DNA of 40,050 bases from positions 1-40,050 of the forward strand of contig JBMFRC010000026.1 of NCBI GenBank assembly GCA_049968235.1, read 5' to 3'. Below the pieces are notes generated by a model. That model did not search any database and had not been told where the DNA came from. It saw nothing but the letters and a program-made list of their open reading frames with translations. Each line of letters begins with the position of its first letter. Position 1 is the first letter of the stretch. Positions 20,001 through 29,296 of this stretch are shown in pieces. This stretch comes from Candidatus Hydrogenedens sp. GTDB taxonomy: Bacteria; Hydrogenedentota; Hydrogenedentia; Hydrogenedentales; Hydrogenedentaceae. A program made the translations under genes and the position numbers.

Positions 20001-20222
20001 TTGGATAAAAAGAAGAAAATATTTGCGGGAATCGGATTTGTGGCAAGTTTAACATCATTAACCACAATTATGATTCCTTTATTAAGTCTAATATTAGTTT
20101 TATTTGGTGTGCTATTTTCCCTATTAGGTAAGGAAGGAACCCATAAAGGTATGACCTATGCAAGTATAGGTATGTGTTTACTTGCACTTTTGACGGTATG
20201 TTATACTTATATATCATTCTAA
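20001..20222 (+). CDS. Hypothetical small two-TM membrane protein. The start is uncertain; a TTG at 20001 or a later ATG are both possible.
   Basis: After a KKKK n-region, two hydrophobic segments follow (IFAGIGFVASLTSLTTIMIPLLSLILVLFGVLFSLLG ... ASIGMCLLALLTVCYTYI). It lies in a 476-bp otherwise non-coding stretch. The upstream part of track ORF 19911.. overlaps kdsD and is probably spurious. Confidence 0.3.
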   Translation: MDKKKKIFAGIGFVASLTSLTTIMIPLLSLILVLFGVLFSLLGKEGTHKGMTYASIGMCLLALLTVCYTYISF

Positions 20223-20310
20223 TAAATAAAGCGTAAAAATCATTTTTAACTATTTTATTATTTATGGTTTTAAAATTTATTTTGCCTATGTGCTAAATTA
20301 TTATATTTTT

Positions 20311-20319
20311 TGTTATAAT
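20311..20319 (+). promoter_or_regulatory. Candidate extended -10 promoter (TGTTATAAT) for cmk-recJ
   Basis: A perfect TGnTATAAT is about 90 nt upstream of the cmk ATG, within a 186-bp AT-rich spacer. The cmk RBS AAGGT lies 5 nt before the ATG. Confidence 0.3.
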
Positions 20320-20408
20320 CTATATCATAAATAAATATTTTATATTTTATCTTAAATATTTTGACATAAGTAAACAATTATAAATACAGGAATTTACAAT
20401 AAGGTAAT

Positions 20409-21113
20409 ATGGAGTTAAAAAATAACAACGGATTATCAGAAATAGAAAATGTGGTTGCAATTGATGGTCCTGCAGGAGCGGGAAAAAGTACAGTTGCCCG
20501 TCTTGTTGCAAAAGCATTGGAGTTTCAATACTTAGATACAGGAGCCATGTATCGGGCTGTTACATGGTGGGCTATCCACTCAAATATTGATATTGATAAC
20601 CCACAAGCAGTAGCAGAACATACTAAAAAGATAGAATTAAAGTTAACTCCTACTGAAGAGGGCATGCGGGTAGAGGTAAATGGTAATGATATAACTCAGG
20701 CTATTAGAACTCCAGAAATCACAAGGGTAATATATAAATTCGATGAGAATCCTGCGGTAAGGGAACATCTTGTATATTTACAGAGGTTATTTGCCAGAGA
20801 TTATCCTACGGTAGCGGAAGGTAGAGATATGTGTACCGTGGTATTCCCCAAAGCAAAATGTAAGTTTTATCTGGATGCTCAGCACGAAATAAGAGCCAAA
20901 AGGCGACAAAAAGAATTGGAACAGAGAAATGTTTTTATACCTCTGGATAAATTGTTGGTAGAAATTATTGAACGCGATAAAAGAAATATGGAAAGAGAAT
21001 GTTCTCCTCTTCGCAAGGCTGATGATGCTGTTTTTATAGATACTTCTTTTCTGAGTATAGAAGAAGTATGCAAAAAAATTGTTGAAATATCTCAAGAACG
21101 GTTGAAAAAATGA
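20409..21113 (+). CDS. cmk: Cytidylate kinase
   Basis: P-loop IDGPAGAGKSTVARLVAKAL followed by YLDTGAMYRAV; 234 aa. Confidence 0.9.
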   Translation: MELKNNNGLSEIENVVAIDGPAGAGKSTVARLVAKALEFQYLDTGAMYRAVTWWAIHSNIDIDNPQAVAEHTKKIELKLTPTEEGMRVEVNGNDITQAIRTPEITRVIYKFDENPAVREHLVYLQRLFARDYPTVAEGRDMCTVVFPKAKCKFYLDAQHEIRAKRRQKELEQRNVFIPLDKLLVEIIERDKRNMERECSPLRKADDAVFIDTSFLSIEEVCKKIVEISQERLKK

Positions 21114-22807
21114 ATGATATTTTACAAAATACAGTTTGGAAGATTAATACTTGGAACCGTGAAAAGGTAGATTTTTTATCGAATTCTCTGGAAATTCCAC
21201 CAATTATTGCTCATCTTTTAATAAATCGTGGGATTGATACTCCGGATAAAGTTGAAGACTTTTTTAGACCTTCCATAAAACAAATTGTATCCCCTTTTTC
21301 TTTAAGAGGGATGGATAGTGCGGTTGAACGGATTATGGAGGCAAAAAATAAGGGGGAAAAAATATGGGTCTTTGGGGATTATGACGTGGATGGTATTGCT
21401 GGAACCGCATTACTTACACGAGGACTAAAACGATTTGGTATTCAGAATGTTTATCCTTTATTACCGGAACGATTGTCAGATGGTTATGGTTTAACTCCCG
21501 AAATTGTTGAAAAGGCTTATTCTGAATCAGTGCGTTTAATTATAACTGTAGATAATGGTATCTCTACAATTCCTGCCAGTTTAAGAGCTATGGAGTTAGG
21601 AATAGACTTGATTATAACAGACCACCACATTCCTTGCGAAGAACTACCTGTAGCCAAAAGTATTATAAATCCTCGATTGGAAGAATCGACTCATCCCAGT
21701 GCTAATTTGTGTGGTGCAGGGGTTGCCTTTAAATTAGCATTGGCTTTGAATGGTTCTCCGAATGATTTAGACCTGGTTGCATTAGCCACAATTGCAGATG
21801 TTATGCCATTAACAGGTGAAAACAGGACTCTTGTTTCTCTTGGATTAAAACATTTATCGAAATACAAGAGAATTGGTCTTAGGGCATTAGCGGAAATGTC
21901 TAATATAAGTCTGGACGATATGGATGTTGAAAAAATTTCTTATGGTTTAGCACCCCGAATAAATGCGGCAGGTAGATTGGATAATGCCTTCAAATCTTTG
22001 GAACTTTTATTATGCGAAAATGATGACAGGGTATTAGAGTTGTCACAAGAACTCATAAAAGCTAATGAAGAACGAAAAAATATCGAAAATGAAATTTTGA
22101 ATGATGCAATATCGGAGATTGAATCTTATATAGAAAAAGATGCTCCTGTAATTGTACTCACGCGAAGAAACTGGCATCAGGGGATTATAGGGCTTGTTGC
22201 AAGTAGGCTGGCACATCGTTATTCGGTTCCGGTGGCTTTAATAACTGTAGATGAAAAAGGTATAGCCAAAGGTTCTATTCGTAGTGTATATGGTATTGAT
22301 ATAATTCAAATACTAAATCAGTGCAAACATATTTTAGAACAATATGGTGGACATAGACTTGCAGCAGGTTTTACTTTATATGAAGAAAACATTCCTCACT
22401 TTAGAGAACTTATAAAAGATTTATTGACACAGAAAAAATCGAAAGAAAAAGAAACTGTAACATTAGATATCGATTGTGTTGTGAATTTTTCACAGATTGA
22501 TTCTTCTTTATTACAGTGGTTACAACGGTTTGAACCTACGGGATATGGAAATCCACCTCCTCTTTTTTGCACAACCAATGTGGAAATTATCCCACATACT
22601 GTCCAAATATTCAAAGACCTTAATGTCCGAATGGCGATGAAACAGGATAGTCGTCTTTTTTATGGAATGGGTTACTACCTGGCAGAGCGTTTCTTTAAAG
22701 AAACCAATACTAAGAAGGTAGATGTTGTATATACACCTAAAATTTCTACTTCAAAGATTTATGGTGGATGTAAATTACAAATAAAGGATTTTAAACCTTC
22801 AAATTAA
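21110..22807 (+). CDS. recJ: Single-stranded-DNA-specific exonuclease RecJ
   Basis: 565 aa with a DHH phosphoesterase domain (motifs VFGDYDVDGIAG, ITDHH) and DHHA1. Its start overlaps the cmk stop by 4 nt. Confidence 0.9.
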   Translation: MNDILQNTVWKINTWNREKVDFLSNSLEIPPIIAHLLINRGIDTPDKVEDFFRPSIKQIVSPFSLRGMDSAVERIMEAKNKGEKIWVFGDYDVDGIAGTALLTRGLKRFGIQNVYPLLPERLSDGYGLTPEIVEKAYSESVRLIITVDNGISTIPASLRAMELGIDLIITDHHIPCEELPVAKSIINPRLEESTHPSANLCGAGVAFKLALALNGSPNDLDLVALATIADVMPLTGENRTLVSLGLKHLSKYKRIGLRALAEMSNISLDDMDVEKISYGLAPRINAAGRLDNAFKSLELLLCENDDRVLELSQELIKANEERKNIENEILNDAISEIESYIEKDAPVIVLTRRNWHQGIIGLVASRLAHRYSVPVALITVDEKGIAKGSIRSVYGIDIIQILNQCKHILEQYGGHRLAAGFTLYEENIPHFRELIKDLLTQKKSKEKETVTLDIDCVVNFSQIDSSLLQWLQRFEPTGYGNPPPLFCTTNVEIIPHTVQIFKDLNVRMAMKQDSRLFYGMGYYLAERFFKETNTKKVDVVYTPKISTSKIYGGCKLQIKDFKPSN

Positions 22808-22871
22808 ATTATGTTTTTATTACTATACATATTTTTTTTATAATTATATACATAAAAATTAGGAAACTAAT

Positions 22872-23297
22872 TTGGTTGAATTTAACAAAAAAAAGTCTGT
22901 GAATTTAAGGAGAAGGATAGCTCCCCGGACTCCGACAAAAAGGCCCTGTTTAATGTGGACGAAAGATAATCCTGATATCAAAACAAAAGGAGTTATTCTG
23001 GATTTAAATATGTATGGAATAAGAGTTCGAACTTCTGTAATATATGAAATTGGGCAAGAGTTGTATGTGCAGATGATGAAAAATGAAGAATATACTCATA
23101 ATTTAGGAGTACCGATAACGGCTGTTATAGTTCGTTTTTCATCTGTTGATAATAATTACATAGATTATGGTATGAAACGAATTTTAATGGAAATAAAGAA
23201 AACAGATAGACAAAGCCAAATTTTCGTTAATCCTTCTATAAATACATCAAAAAAACAAATAACAACAAATGATATTCTAAAGAAAAAGAATCCATAG
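22872..23297 (+). CDS. Hypothetical protein, possibly PilZ-like (c-di-GMP-binding fold). Tentative.
   Basis: TTG start with an AGGAAA RBS. An N-terminal R-rich motif (LRRRIAPRTPTKR) is followed by ILDLNMYGIRV, resembling the PilZ RxxxR...(D/N)xSxxG signature. The match is imperfect. Confidence 0.4.
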   Translation: MVEFNKKKSVNLRRRIAPRTPTKRPCLMWTKDNPDIKTKGVILDLNMYGIRVRTSVIYEIGQELYVQMMKNEEYTHNLGVPITAVIVRFSSVDNNYIDYGMKRILMEIKKTDRQSQIFVNPSINTSKKQITTNDILKKKNP

Positions 23298-23310
23298 ATG
23301 GAGATTTGCT

Positions 23311-23688
23311 ATGAATAAGTATAAGGTATTAGTGGTTGATGATGAACCCGATGTAGTGGAATTGTTAGAACGGACATTAAAGCCAGAAGGATTTCAAGTA
23401 ATTTGTGCTTATGATGGAATTTCCGCATTGGATTTGGTCTCAACGGAGAAACCTGACCTTGTTCTTTTAGATTTAATGATGCCTATGATGAGTGGGTATG
23501 AGGTATGTGAACAGATAAAATCAAATCCGCAAACACAATCCATTCCGGTAATATGTGTAACCTCTGCTCATACTCCGGACGCTCGAGCACATAGTTTACA
23601 AATTGGTGCTTCAGATGTTATTACAAAACCTTTTTATCCCAGTGAACTTATCGCACGAATTAAAAGGCATCTCCAGCCTCGTGAATGA
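23311..23688 (+). CDS. Stand-alone response-regulator receiver domain protein (CheY-like)
   Basis: 125 aa. VLVVDDEP..., phospho-acceptor D in LVLLDLMMP, then T/S (CVTSA) and K (ITKPF). No output domain is present. Confidence 0.8.
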   Translation: MNKYKVLVVDDEPDVVELLERTLKPEGFQVICAYDGISALDLVSTEKPDLVLLDLMMPMMSGYEVCEQIKSNPQTQSIPVICVTSAHTPDARAHSLQIGASDVITKPFYPSELIARIKRHLQPRE

Positions 23689-23766
23689 AATTTTTTTGAT
23701 TGCAGGGTTTGTTTACCGTTATATTTAGGGTAATACTATAATGATTTTAGATTGAAGGGGATAAAA

Positions 23767-24339
23767 GTGACGATACCTAATTTATTAACATTTTTTAGAA
23801 TTTTTCTTATACCTATTTTCTTAGCAATTATAACATTTTATACGAAGGAAACAGAGTATTTACGGTATGTAGGTTTTGCTATTTGTATAATAGCAATAAT
23901 AACGGACTTATCGGATGGTTATATTGCAAGAAAGTTTAATCTATGTTCTGAATTAGGGGCACGATTGGACCCACTTGCAGATAAACTTGCTGTAAATCTA
24001 AGTCTTGCATTTATTGCGTCGAATACAGCATTTGATTATCCAATACCTTTATGGTTTCCTCCTCTTGTATTGTTCAGAGATACAGTTCTTGTGGTAGGAA
24101 CTTATCTTATCAGTAGAAAACTAACACAGGTAAAAGTAATGCCTCGTTTTTGGGGTAAAATTACATCTTTTGTTTTATCTTTATATATTGCTATTGTTCT
24201 CTTACAAATAAAAATTTTAGTTCTTATTTTTTTAGTTTTGTCAATGTTTTTAACTTTGTTGTCTCTTTTTGACTACCTATGGGTAGGAATTCGTTTTGCG
24301 TTAAACTATCAAATAACTGATGGAAAAAACACTATCTAA
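23767..24339 (+). CDS. pgsA: CDP-diacylglycerol--glycerol-3-phosphate 3-phosphatidyltransferase
   Basis: The GTG start at 23767 is preferred, with a GAAGGGG SD 7 nt upstream; the track uses a TTG at 23752. (M)TIPNLLTFFRIFLIP is a classic PgsA N-terminus. The CDP-OH-P motif DLSDGYIARKFNLCSELGARLDPLADK is present. Confidence 0.8.
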   Translation: MTIPNLLTFFRIFLIPIFLAIITFYTKETEYLRYVGFAICIIAIITDLSDGYIARKFNLCSELGARLDPLADKLAVNLSLAFIASNTAFDYPIPLWFPPLVLFRDTVLVVGTYLISRKLTQVKVMPRFWGKITSFVLSLYIAIVLLQIKILVLIFLVLSMFLTLLSLFDYLWVGIRFALNYQITDGKNTI

Positions 24340-25669
24340 ATTACCTGTAGTTGCCATTTGTGGCAGACCTAATGTCGGAAAATCTACCTTGTTTAATCGT
24401 TTAGCAGGTAGAATGCAGGCTATTGTTCTGGACAAATCCGGGATTACCCGGGATAGATACGAAACTCCTGTTAGTTATAAGGACAAACATTTTTTACTTG
24501 TTGATACGGGTGGGATTGTAGATGAATGGAGAGATTCTATTACAGGAAAAGTACAACATCAGGTTAGAAAGGCATTGGAATCAGCGGATATTGTTCTAAT
24601 GGTCACAAATGGCAGGGAAGAATTAACTGCTCTGGATTTTGATGTGCGTGATTTTGTTATAAAATTAAACAAACCAACATTACTTATAGCCAATAAAATT
24701 GATGATGATAAACACATCTTAGATATAACAGACCTGTATCAATTGGGTATAGGTGAGCCTATTGCGGTGTCTTCTTTGCATGGGATAGGAATTGAATCAC
24801 TTTTGGATAAACTTTATAGTCTTTTACCTGAAAAAAATATTGCTATTGAGGAAATTGCAAGTGTTGATAATAAAATAAAAATTGCAATAATTGGTAAACC
24901 CAATGTCGGAAAATCTTCACTGGTAAATGCACTTCTTGATGAAGAACGAGTCATTGTTGATGAAACACCGGGAACAACCCGAGATGCTATCGATATCCCA
25001 TTTCGTTGGAAGGGAAAGGATTATATATTAATAGATACAGCAGGTATGCGGAGAAAAGCCCATTTGCGAGAAGCAGTAGAATTTTATAGTGTTCATAGGA
25101 CACTAAAATCGGTACGTAGGTCTGATATCGTTCTCGTTCTCATTGAAGCAAATGAAGGAATAACTGACCAGGATAAGAAAATTATAGGTTATGCTGTGGA
25201 ACAAGGAGTAGGAATTGTATTGGGATTTAGTAAATGGGACTTAGTTCCTAATAAAAAAGAGTATGCTTTTATTTTACAGGAACAAATTCAAAGAGAATTC
25301 GCACATCTCGACTATATTCCAGTGGTCTATTTATCTGTGATACAAAATAAACAAAAATATTTTAATGAATTATTCAAAACGATTAATAAAGTTTGGGAAA
25401 ATACTTTATTCCGTGTACCAACTTCTGAATTTAATCAATTCATTACAGAACTGAAAATGAGTCATCCTGCACCGACAAAAGGAGGAAAAAGAGCAAAGAT
25501 ATATTACGGTGCACAGGTAAGTGTAAAACCGACTAAGTTTCTATTATCTGTAAATCAAAGTAGATTGTTTCACTTCAGTTATCTCCGCTATATAGAAAAT
25601 TCAATTAGAGAGAGATATAATCTTATAGGGGTTCCGATTAAAATACAACTTCAAGAAGGAGATAAATAA
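24320..25669 (+). CDS. der: Ribosome-associated GTPase Der (EngA), with double GTPase domains
   Basis: Two G domains (GRPNVGKST...DTGG ; GKPNVGKSS...DTAG) plus a C-terminal KH-like domain; 449 aa. Confidence 0.95.
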   Translation: MEKTLSKLPVVAICGRPNVGKSTLFNRLAGRMQAIVLDKSGITRDRYETPVSYKDKHFLLVDTGGIVDEWRDSITGKVQHQVRKALESADIVLMVTNGREELTALDFDVRDFVIKLNKPTLLIANKIDDDKHILDITDLYQLGIGEPIAVSSLHGIGIESLLDKLYSLLPEKNIAIEEIASVDNKIKIAIIGKPNVGKSSLVNALLDEERVIVDETPGTTRDAIDIPFRWKGKDYILIDTAGMRRKAHLREAVEFYSVHRTLKSVRRSDIVLVLIEANEGITDQDKKIIGYAVEQGVGIVLGFSKWDLVPNKKEYAFILQEQIQREFAHLDYIPVVYLSVIQNKQKYFNELFKTINKVWENTLFRVPTSEFNQFITELKMSHPAPTKGGKRAKIYYGAQVSVKPTKFLLSVNQSRLFHFSYLRYIENSIRERYNLIGVPIKIQLQEGDK

Positions 25670-26274
25670 TGGAATTAAGAACTATATTACTATTTTATCT
25701 ATTCCCCATGTTTTTTTCCTACTTGTTGGGTTCAATTCCGACTGGATTATGGATAGGAGTTTTATTTTACAAAAAGGATATAAGGAAATATGGTAGTGGG
25801 AATATAGGTGCTACTAATGCTTTGCGAGTATTGGGGAGAATTCCTGGTGCAATTGCACTATTTTGTGATGCGTTGAAGGGGTTTCTTCCCGTAATATTAG
25901 CAAAAATATTTTTGTCTGACTATTCATATCTTCCTCTCCTTATGGGTATATCTGCTATATTCGGGCATTTGTTTTCAATTTTCTTATTGTTTAAGGGAGG
26001 GAAAGGAGTAGCCACAGGCACAGGGGTATATCTTGCTATTGCCCCTATACCTACATTGATAGCAGGGATTGTATTTTTTATAACTGCTTTTTCTACCCGT
26101 ATGGTAAGTGTGGGTTCTATATCTTCTGCGATAACGCTTGCTATACTGACCTCGTTTTTATATAAAAATGACCTTATATTTGTATTCATTACTTGTTTAA
26201 TTGCTACCTTAGTTGTTTATAAACATCGTTCTAACATTCAAAGAATTATCCGAGGTGAAGAAAATAAGTTTTAA
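25669..26274 (+). CDS. plsY: Glycerol-3-phosphate acyltransferase PlsY (acyl-phosphate dependent)
   Basis: 201 aa polytopic protein with LGSIPTGLWIG...YGSGNIGATNALRVLG motifs. The start codon overlaps the der stop. Confidence 0.9.
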   Translation: MELRTILLFYLFPMFFSYLLGSIPTGLWIGVLFYKKDIRKYGSGNIGATNALRVLGRIPGAIALFCDALKGFLPVILAKIFLSDYSYLPLLMGISAIFGHLFSIFLLFKGGKGVATGTGVYLAIAPIPTLIAGIVFFITAFSTRMVSVGSISSAITLAILTSFLYKNDLIFVFITCLIATLVVYKHRSNIQRIIRGEENKF

Positions 26275-26314
26275 GATTACTAAAAGAAATTGTTCCCCTG
26301 TCATAATAAATATT

Positions 26315-28174
26315 ATGTTAGGGGTTTTTGTTTTTATTTTATCGTTTCTGGTTTATCTTCTCACATTAGCCCCTACCGTAACTGCAGAAGACAGTGGAGA
26401 GTTAATAACCGCTTCGTATTTTTTAGGTATCCCCCACCCTCCGGGATATCCAACATGGTGTTTATTATCCCACCCTTTTACTTATATTCCACTGGGGAAT
26501 ATTGCATGGAGAGTTAATCTTTCCTCTGCTTTTTTTGCATCCAATACAGTACTTTTTGTTTTTCTTTTTTTATTACGAATTACTAAGAATAGAATATCTG
26601 CTTTAAGTAGTTCACTTATTTTTGCTTTTTCTTTAGAATTCTGGGAACAGTCTGTAATTACGGAAGTATATAGCCTTAATTCTTTATTTATTATCTTATG
26701 CTTCTATTTTTTAATTTTATGGAAAGACACGAATAACTCTAAATATTTATTATGGCTATCATTTATTTATGGTATTAGTCTGGGTAATCATTATACAATG
26801 TTTGTTGTGGGTCCTTTTTTGGTAGCCTTCATCATTTTTACTAATCCCGATAACCTACGATATAAAAAAATATATTTCTTGTGTGTAGTTATTGTCCTTT
26901 TTTCCTGGTGTTTGGTTTGTTCTTATCTTTATATCCGTTCATTAGCCAACCCTCCCATAGATTGGGGTAATCCGGAGAATTTTAAAAATTTGTTTCATTT
27001 AATAACTCGTAAGCAATATTCGTTTATGTTAACACAATATCCGAGAAGTTTTTCCAGACTATTAAGACAGTGCTTTGTTTTCTTTGGTATGGGGATTTCT
27101 CAGTTTGGTTCTCCTCTTTTATTTTTTTTATCTCTGTTGTCTTTTTTCCTTATATTTTTTAGACACCGTGAATGGAGTCTACTTTTATTTTCGACAGGTT
27201 TCTTTACAGGCTTTTTCGCTATTCTTGTTCAAAATTTCAATTTTGATATTGAATGGTTAGAAGTCATGTCTGTTTTTGGGATTCCTGTCTATTTATGTTG
27301 TAGTTTAGCATTAGGGATTATGATAGCACGGGTTCTTGATGGGCTAGTTTTATATTCAAAAAATCAATATTATGTTTATCTTTCATATTTGTTTATATTA
27401 TTACTTCCTTTTGTTCCCCTTTATAAAAACTATGAAAGAAACGATTACTCCCAATTCTGGTTTGCTCATGAATTTGGAGAAAATATTCTTAATTCTTTAA
27501 GCCCTAATGCTATTTATATTCCTTATACAGACCATGCCAGTTTTCCATTATTTTATCTTCAAAAAGTTGAAGGGCTTCGAAAAGATATTACCTTAGCAAG
27601 AGTTTGTGGTTATTTAAGCCCTGAATTATTTGAAAAGATGGATAGAAGACAATGGTCAAAATATGCGCCTTTTCCCAAAGGTAGATATGAAAGTGAATTG
27701 ATTGGTTGGCTCATAGATAATACAGATAGACCTATCTATTCTGAAAATAAAGTCAAAGTTATGACAAAACAAAAGGGCTCATGGGTCCCTGCAGGCATCA
27801 TCTATCGCTATCAAAGGGAAAATGAAGTGATACCCGAAACAGCAACCTATTGGCAAAAATATAATTGGACTTATATAAAAGAATATAATATTAAAGAACA
27901 ATCTGCATCATTAATATGGCTTCAAATACAATGGGCAAAAGCGAGAGACTGTTTTATAAATAATGACAGTATCACTGCTATCGAATTGATATATAATGGG
28001 CTGAAATACTATGGGAAAGACGATGTCATATTGAATAATGCTGGAGTTTTATGTGCTGAATACAAAGATTATTCTCATGCTAAGGAATTCTTTGAAGAAG
28101 CATTAAAAATTAATTGTAATAACTCAATAGTAATTGAAAATTTAAGTAAAATCCAGAAAAAATTAAGAATTTAA
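26315..28174 (+). CDS. DUF2723-family (TMEM260-like, GT-C-fold glycosyltransferase-like) polytopic membrane protein with a C-terminal TPR
   Basis: Start taken at MLGVFVFILSFLVYLLTLAPTVTAEDSGELITASYFLGIPHPPGYPTW, the hallmark DUF2723 N-terminus. About 10 TM segments. The C-terminus has TPR-like repeats (YNGLKYYGKDDVILNNAGVLCAEYKDYSHAKEFFEEALKIN). The upstream part of the track ORF overlaps plsY and is spurious. Confidence 0.65.
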   Translation: MLGVFVFILSFLVYLLTLAPTVTAEDSGELITASYFLGIPHPPGYPTWCLLSHPFTYIPLGNIAWRVNLSSAFFASNTVLFVFLFLLRITKNRISALSSSLIFAFSLEFWEQSVITEVYSLNSLFIILCFYFLILWKDTNNSKYLLWLSFIYGISLGNHYTMFVVGPFLVAFIIFTNPDNLRYKKIYFLCVVIVLFSWCLVCSYLYIRSLANPPIDWGNPENFKNLFHLITRKQYSFMLTQYPRSFSRLLRQCFVFFGMGISQFGSPLLFFLSLLSFFLIFFRHREWSLLLFSTGFFTGFFAILVQNFNFDIEWLEVMSVFGIPVYLCCSLALGIMIARVLDGLVLYSKNQYYVYLSYLFILLLPFVPLYKNYERNDYSQFWFAHEFGENILNSLSPNAIYIPYTDHASFPLFYLQKVEGLRKDITLARVCGYLSPELFEKMDRRQWSKYAPFPKGRYESELIGWLIDNTDRPIYSENKVKVMTKQKGSWVPAGIIYRYQRENEVIPETATYWQKYNWTYIKEYNIKEQSASLIWLQIQWAKARDCFINNDSITAIELIYNGLKYYGKDDVILNNAGVLCAEYKDYSHAKEFFEEALKINCNNSIVIENLSKIQKKLRI

Positions 28175-28267
28175 CATGATAGCATTATGATTCGGGGGGC
28201 TGACTTCTTAAAGTTCTTGGAATAGTCTTGAAGTCATCTTCTTCGATTCCTCCCTCTATACTTTCTT

Positions 28268-28637
28268 TCAATAAAGCATTGGCTTTTTATATAATTTGCC
28301 ATTAATGGTAATAGATGCCCCCCGATATTTATTTCCTATGATGACTTTGTCTGCTTCCTTTGTTGGCAAATAGAATAATATTTTTCCTTTAAATTCATTA
28401 AGAAATTTTCCAATAATATCTTTTATTTCAATAACTTTTAATGCATTCAACTGTGCCAAAACTGGATTTGTTAAAGCGGATATTCCTTGAACTAATGTTT
28501 CGAATATACGAATATTTTCTCCTCTTATAGTTACGTTTATAGGTTGTTCTTCTTCCGATTGTTGATTTTTAAGCAAAAGATATAAAAGAGATAGAGAGAA
28601 AGCAGAATAAAACAAATATTTTAATTACATTATCCAT
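28268..28637 (-). pseudogene. Frameshifted paralogue of the small secreted protein at 28771-29226
   Basis: The reverse complement gives ATG (28637) MDNVIKIFVLFCFLSISFISFA followed by a stop at 28569-28571. In the +1 frame from the same point: KNQQSEEEQPINVTIRGENIRIFET...LAQLNALKVIEIKD...LFYLPTKEAD...GKLYKK. This is about 55 percent identical to the mature part of the neighbouring 151-aa protein. The break sits at a T5/A5 run (28566-28570). Confidence 0.5.
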
Positions 28638-28710
28638 ATCAAATTTCCTTTATTTATTACCTAATTTATTGTTATAAATCAATAACAGAGTTAAGTCAAC
28701 AGAAATACAT

Positions 28711-28742
28711 AAAAAATCCGCAGATGTTTACATCTGCGGATT
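28711..28742 (-). terminator. Rho-independent terminator for the minus-strand operon ending at 28771
   Basis: A perfect 12-bp stem AATCCGCAGATG / CATCTGCGGATT with loop TTTA (28715-28742) is followed on the minus strand by TTTTTTAT (plus-strand A-run 28709-28716). It lies 30-60 nt past the stop of the 28771-29226 gene. Confidence 0.6.
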
Positions 28743-28770
28743 AAGATATGTTTATTTTTTTTATATTTGC

Positions 28771-29226
28771 TTACAAAACTTGCAATTGGCTCTTAGAACC
28801 TACGGGAAGTTTATCAAAATCATCACCACTGTCACCACCACCTTCAACAGTTTCAACTAAAATTGCATTTGCTTGCTTAAACAATTTTCCAATTATAGTT
28901 ACTTGTTTCCCTTTCATTTGATTACCGGTTATTAAACTATCTGCTTCTTTTGTAGGAAGGTAAACTAAAACTTTCCCTTTTAAATCGTCAAGGGCTTTAC
29001 CATCAACATCTTTTGCCTCTGTAACTTTCAGAGCATTTAACTGTGCTAATGCTGAATTTGCAGAAGCAGTTCCACCTTTTGCATAAGTCTCAAAAAGACT
29101 TATGTTTTCTCCTGTAATCGTAACACCAACAGGCTGTTCTGATTCTTTATTTGTATCTTGTGCAAAAATAAGAAATGGTGTAATTAACATTACTATAGTT
29201 AAAGAAATTAAAACTTTTTTTAACAT
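28771..29226 (-). CDS. Hypothetical small secreted protein of unknown family. A paralogue is at 28268-28637.
   Basis: 151 aa with a signal peptide MLKKVLISLTIVMLITPFLIFA/QD, a conserved core (LAQLNALKV, LVYLPTKEAD, GKLFK) and an acidic/Gly tail GGGDSGDDFDKLPVGSKSQLQVL. It is the last gene of the marR - lplT-aas operon and is followed by a strong terminator. Confidence 0.6.
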   Translation of the reverse strand: MLKKVLISLTIVMLITPFLIFAQDTNKESEQPVGVTITGENISLFETYAKGGTASANSALAQLNALKVTEAKDVDGKALDDLKGKVLVYLPTKEADSLITGNQMKGKQVTIIGKLFKQANAILVETVEGGGDSGDDFDKLPVGSKSQLQVL

Positions 29227-29296
29227 AATTTTACTCCTTCAAGTTATGGTTATATTTTATTTCCATCTTATCATTACTACGATATTATTATACTAT

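Noticed and set aside
28175-28267. Imperfect inverted repeats (TGACTTC...GAAGTCA) between the convergent DUF2723 gene and the frameshifted paralogue
   Set aside because: The stems are short (7 bp), the loop is 23 nt, and no flanking U-run is present. This is not convincing as a bidirectional terminator.
28566-28576. Possible programmed +1 ribosomal frameshift in the small secreted protein paralogue
   Set aside because: There is no recognisable shifty-stop context comparable to prfB-type sites. The intact neighbouring paralogue has no such feature. A simple indel or sequencing error at the T5/A5 run is far more likely, so I call it a pseudogene or error.
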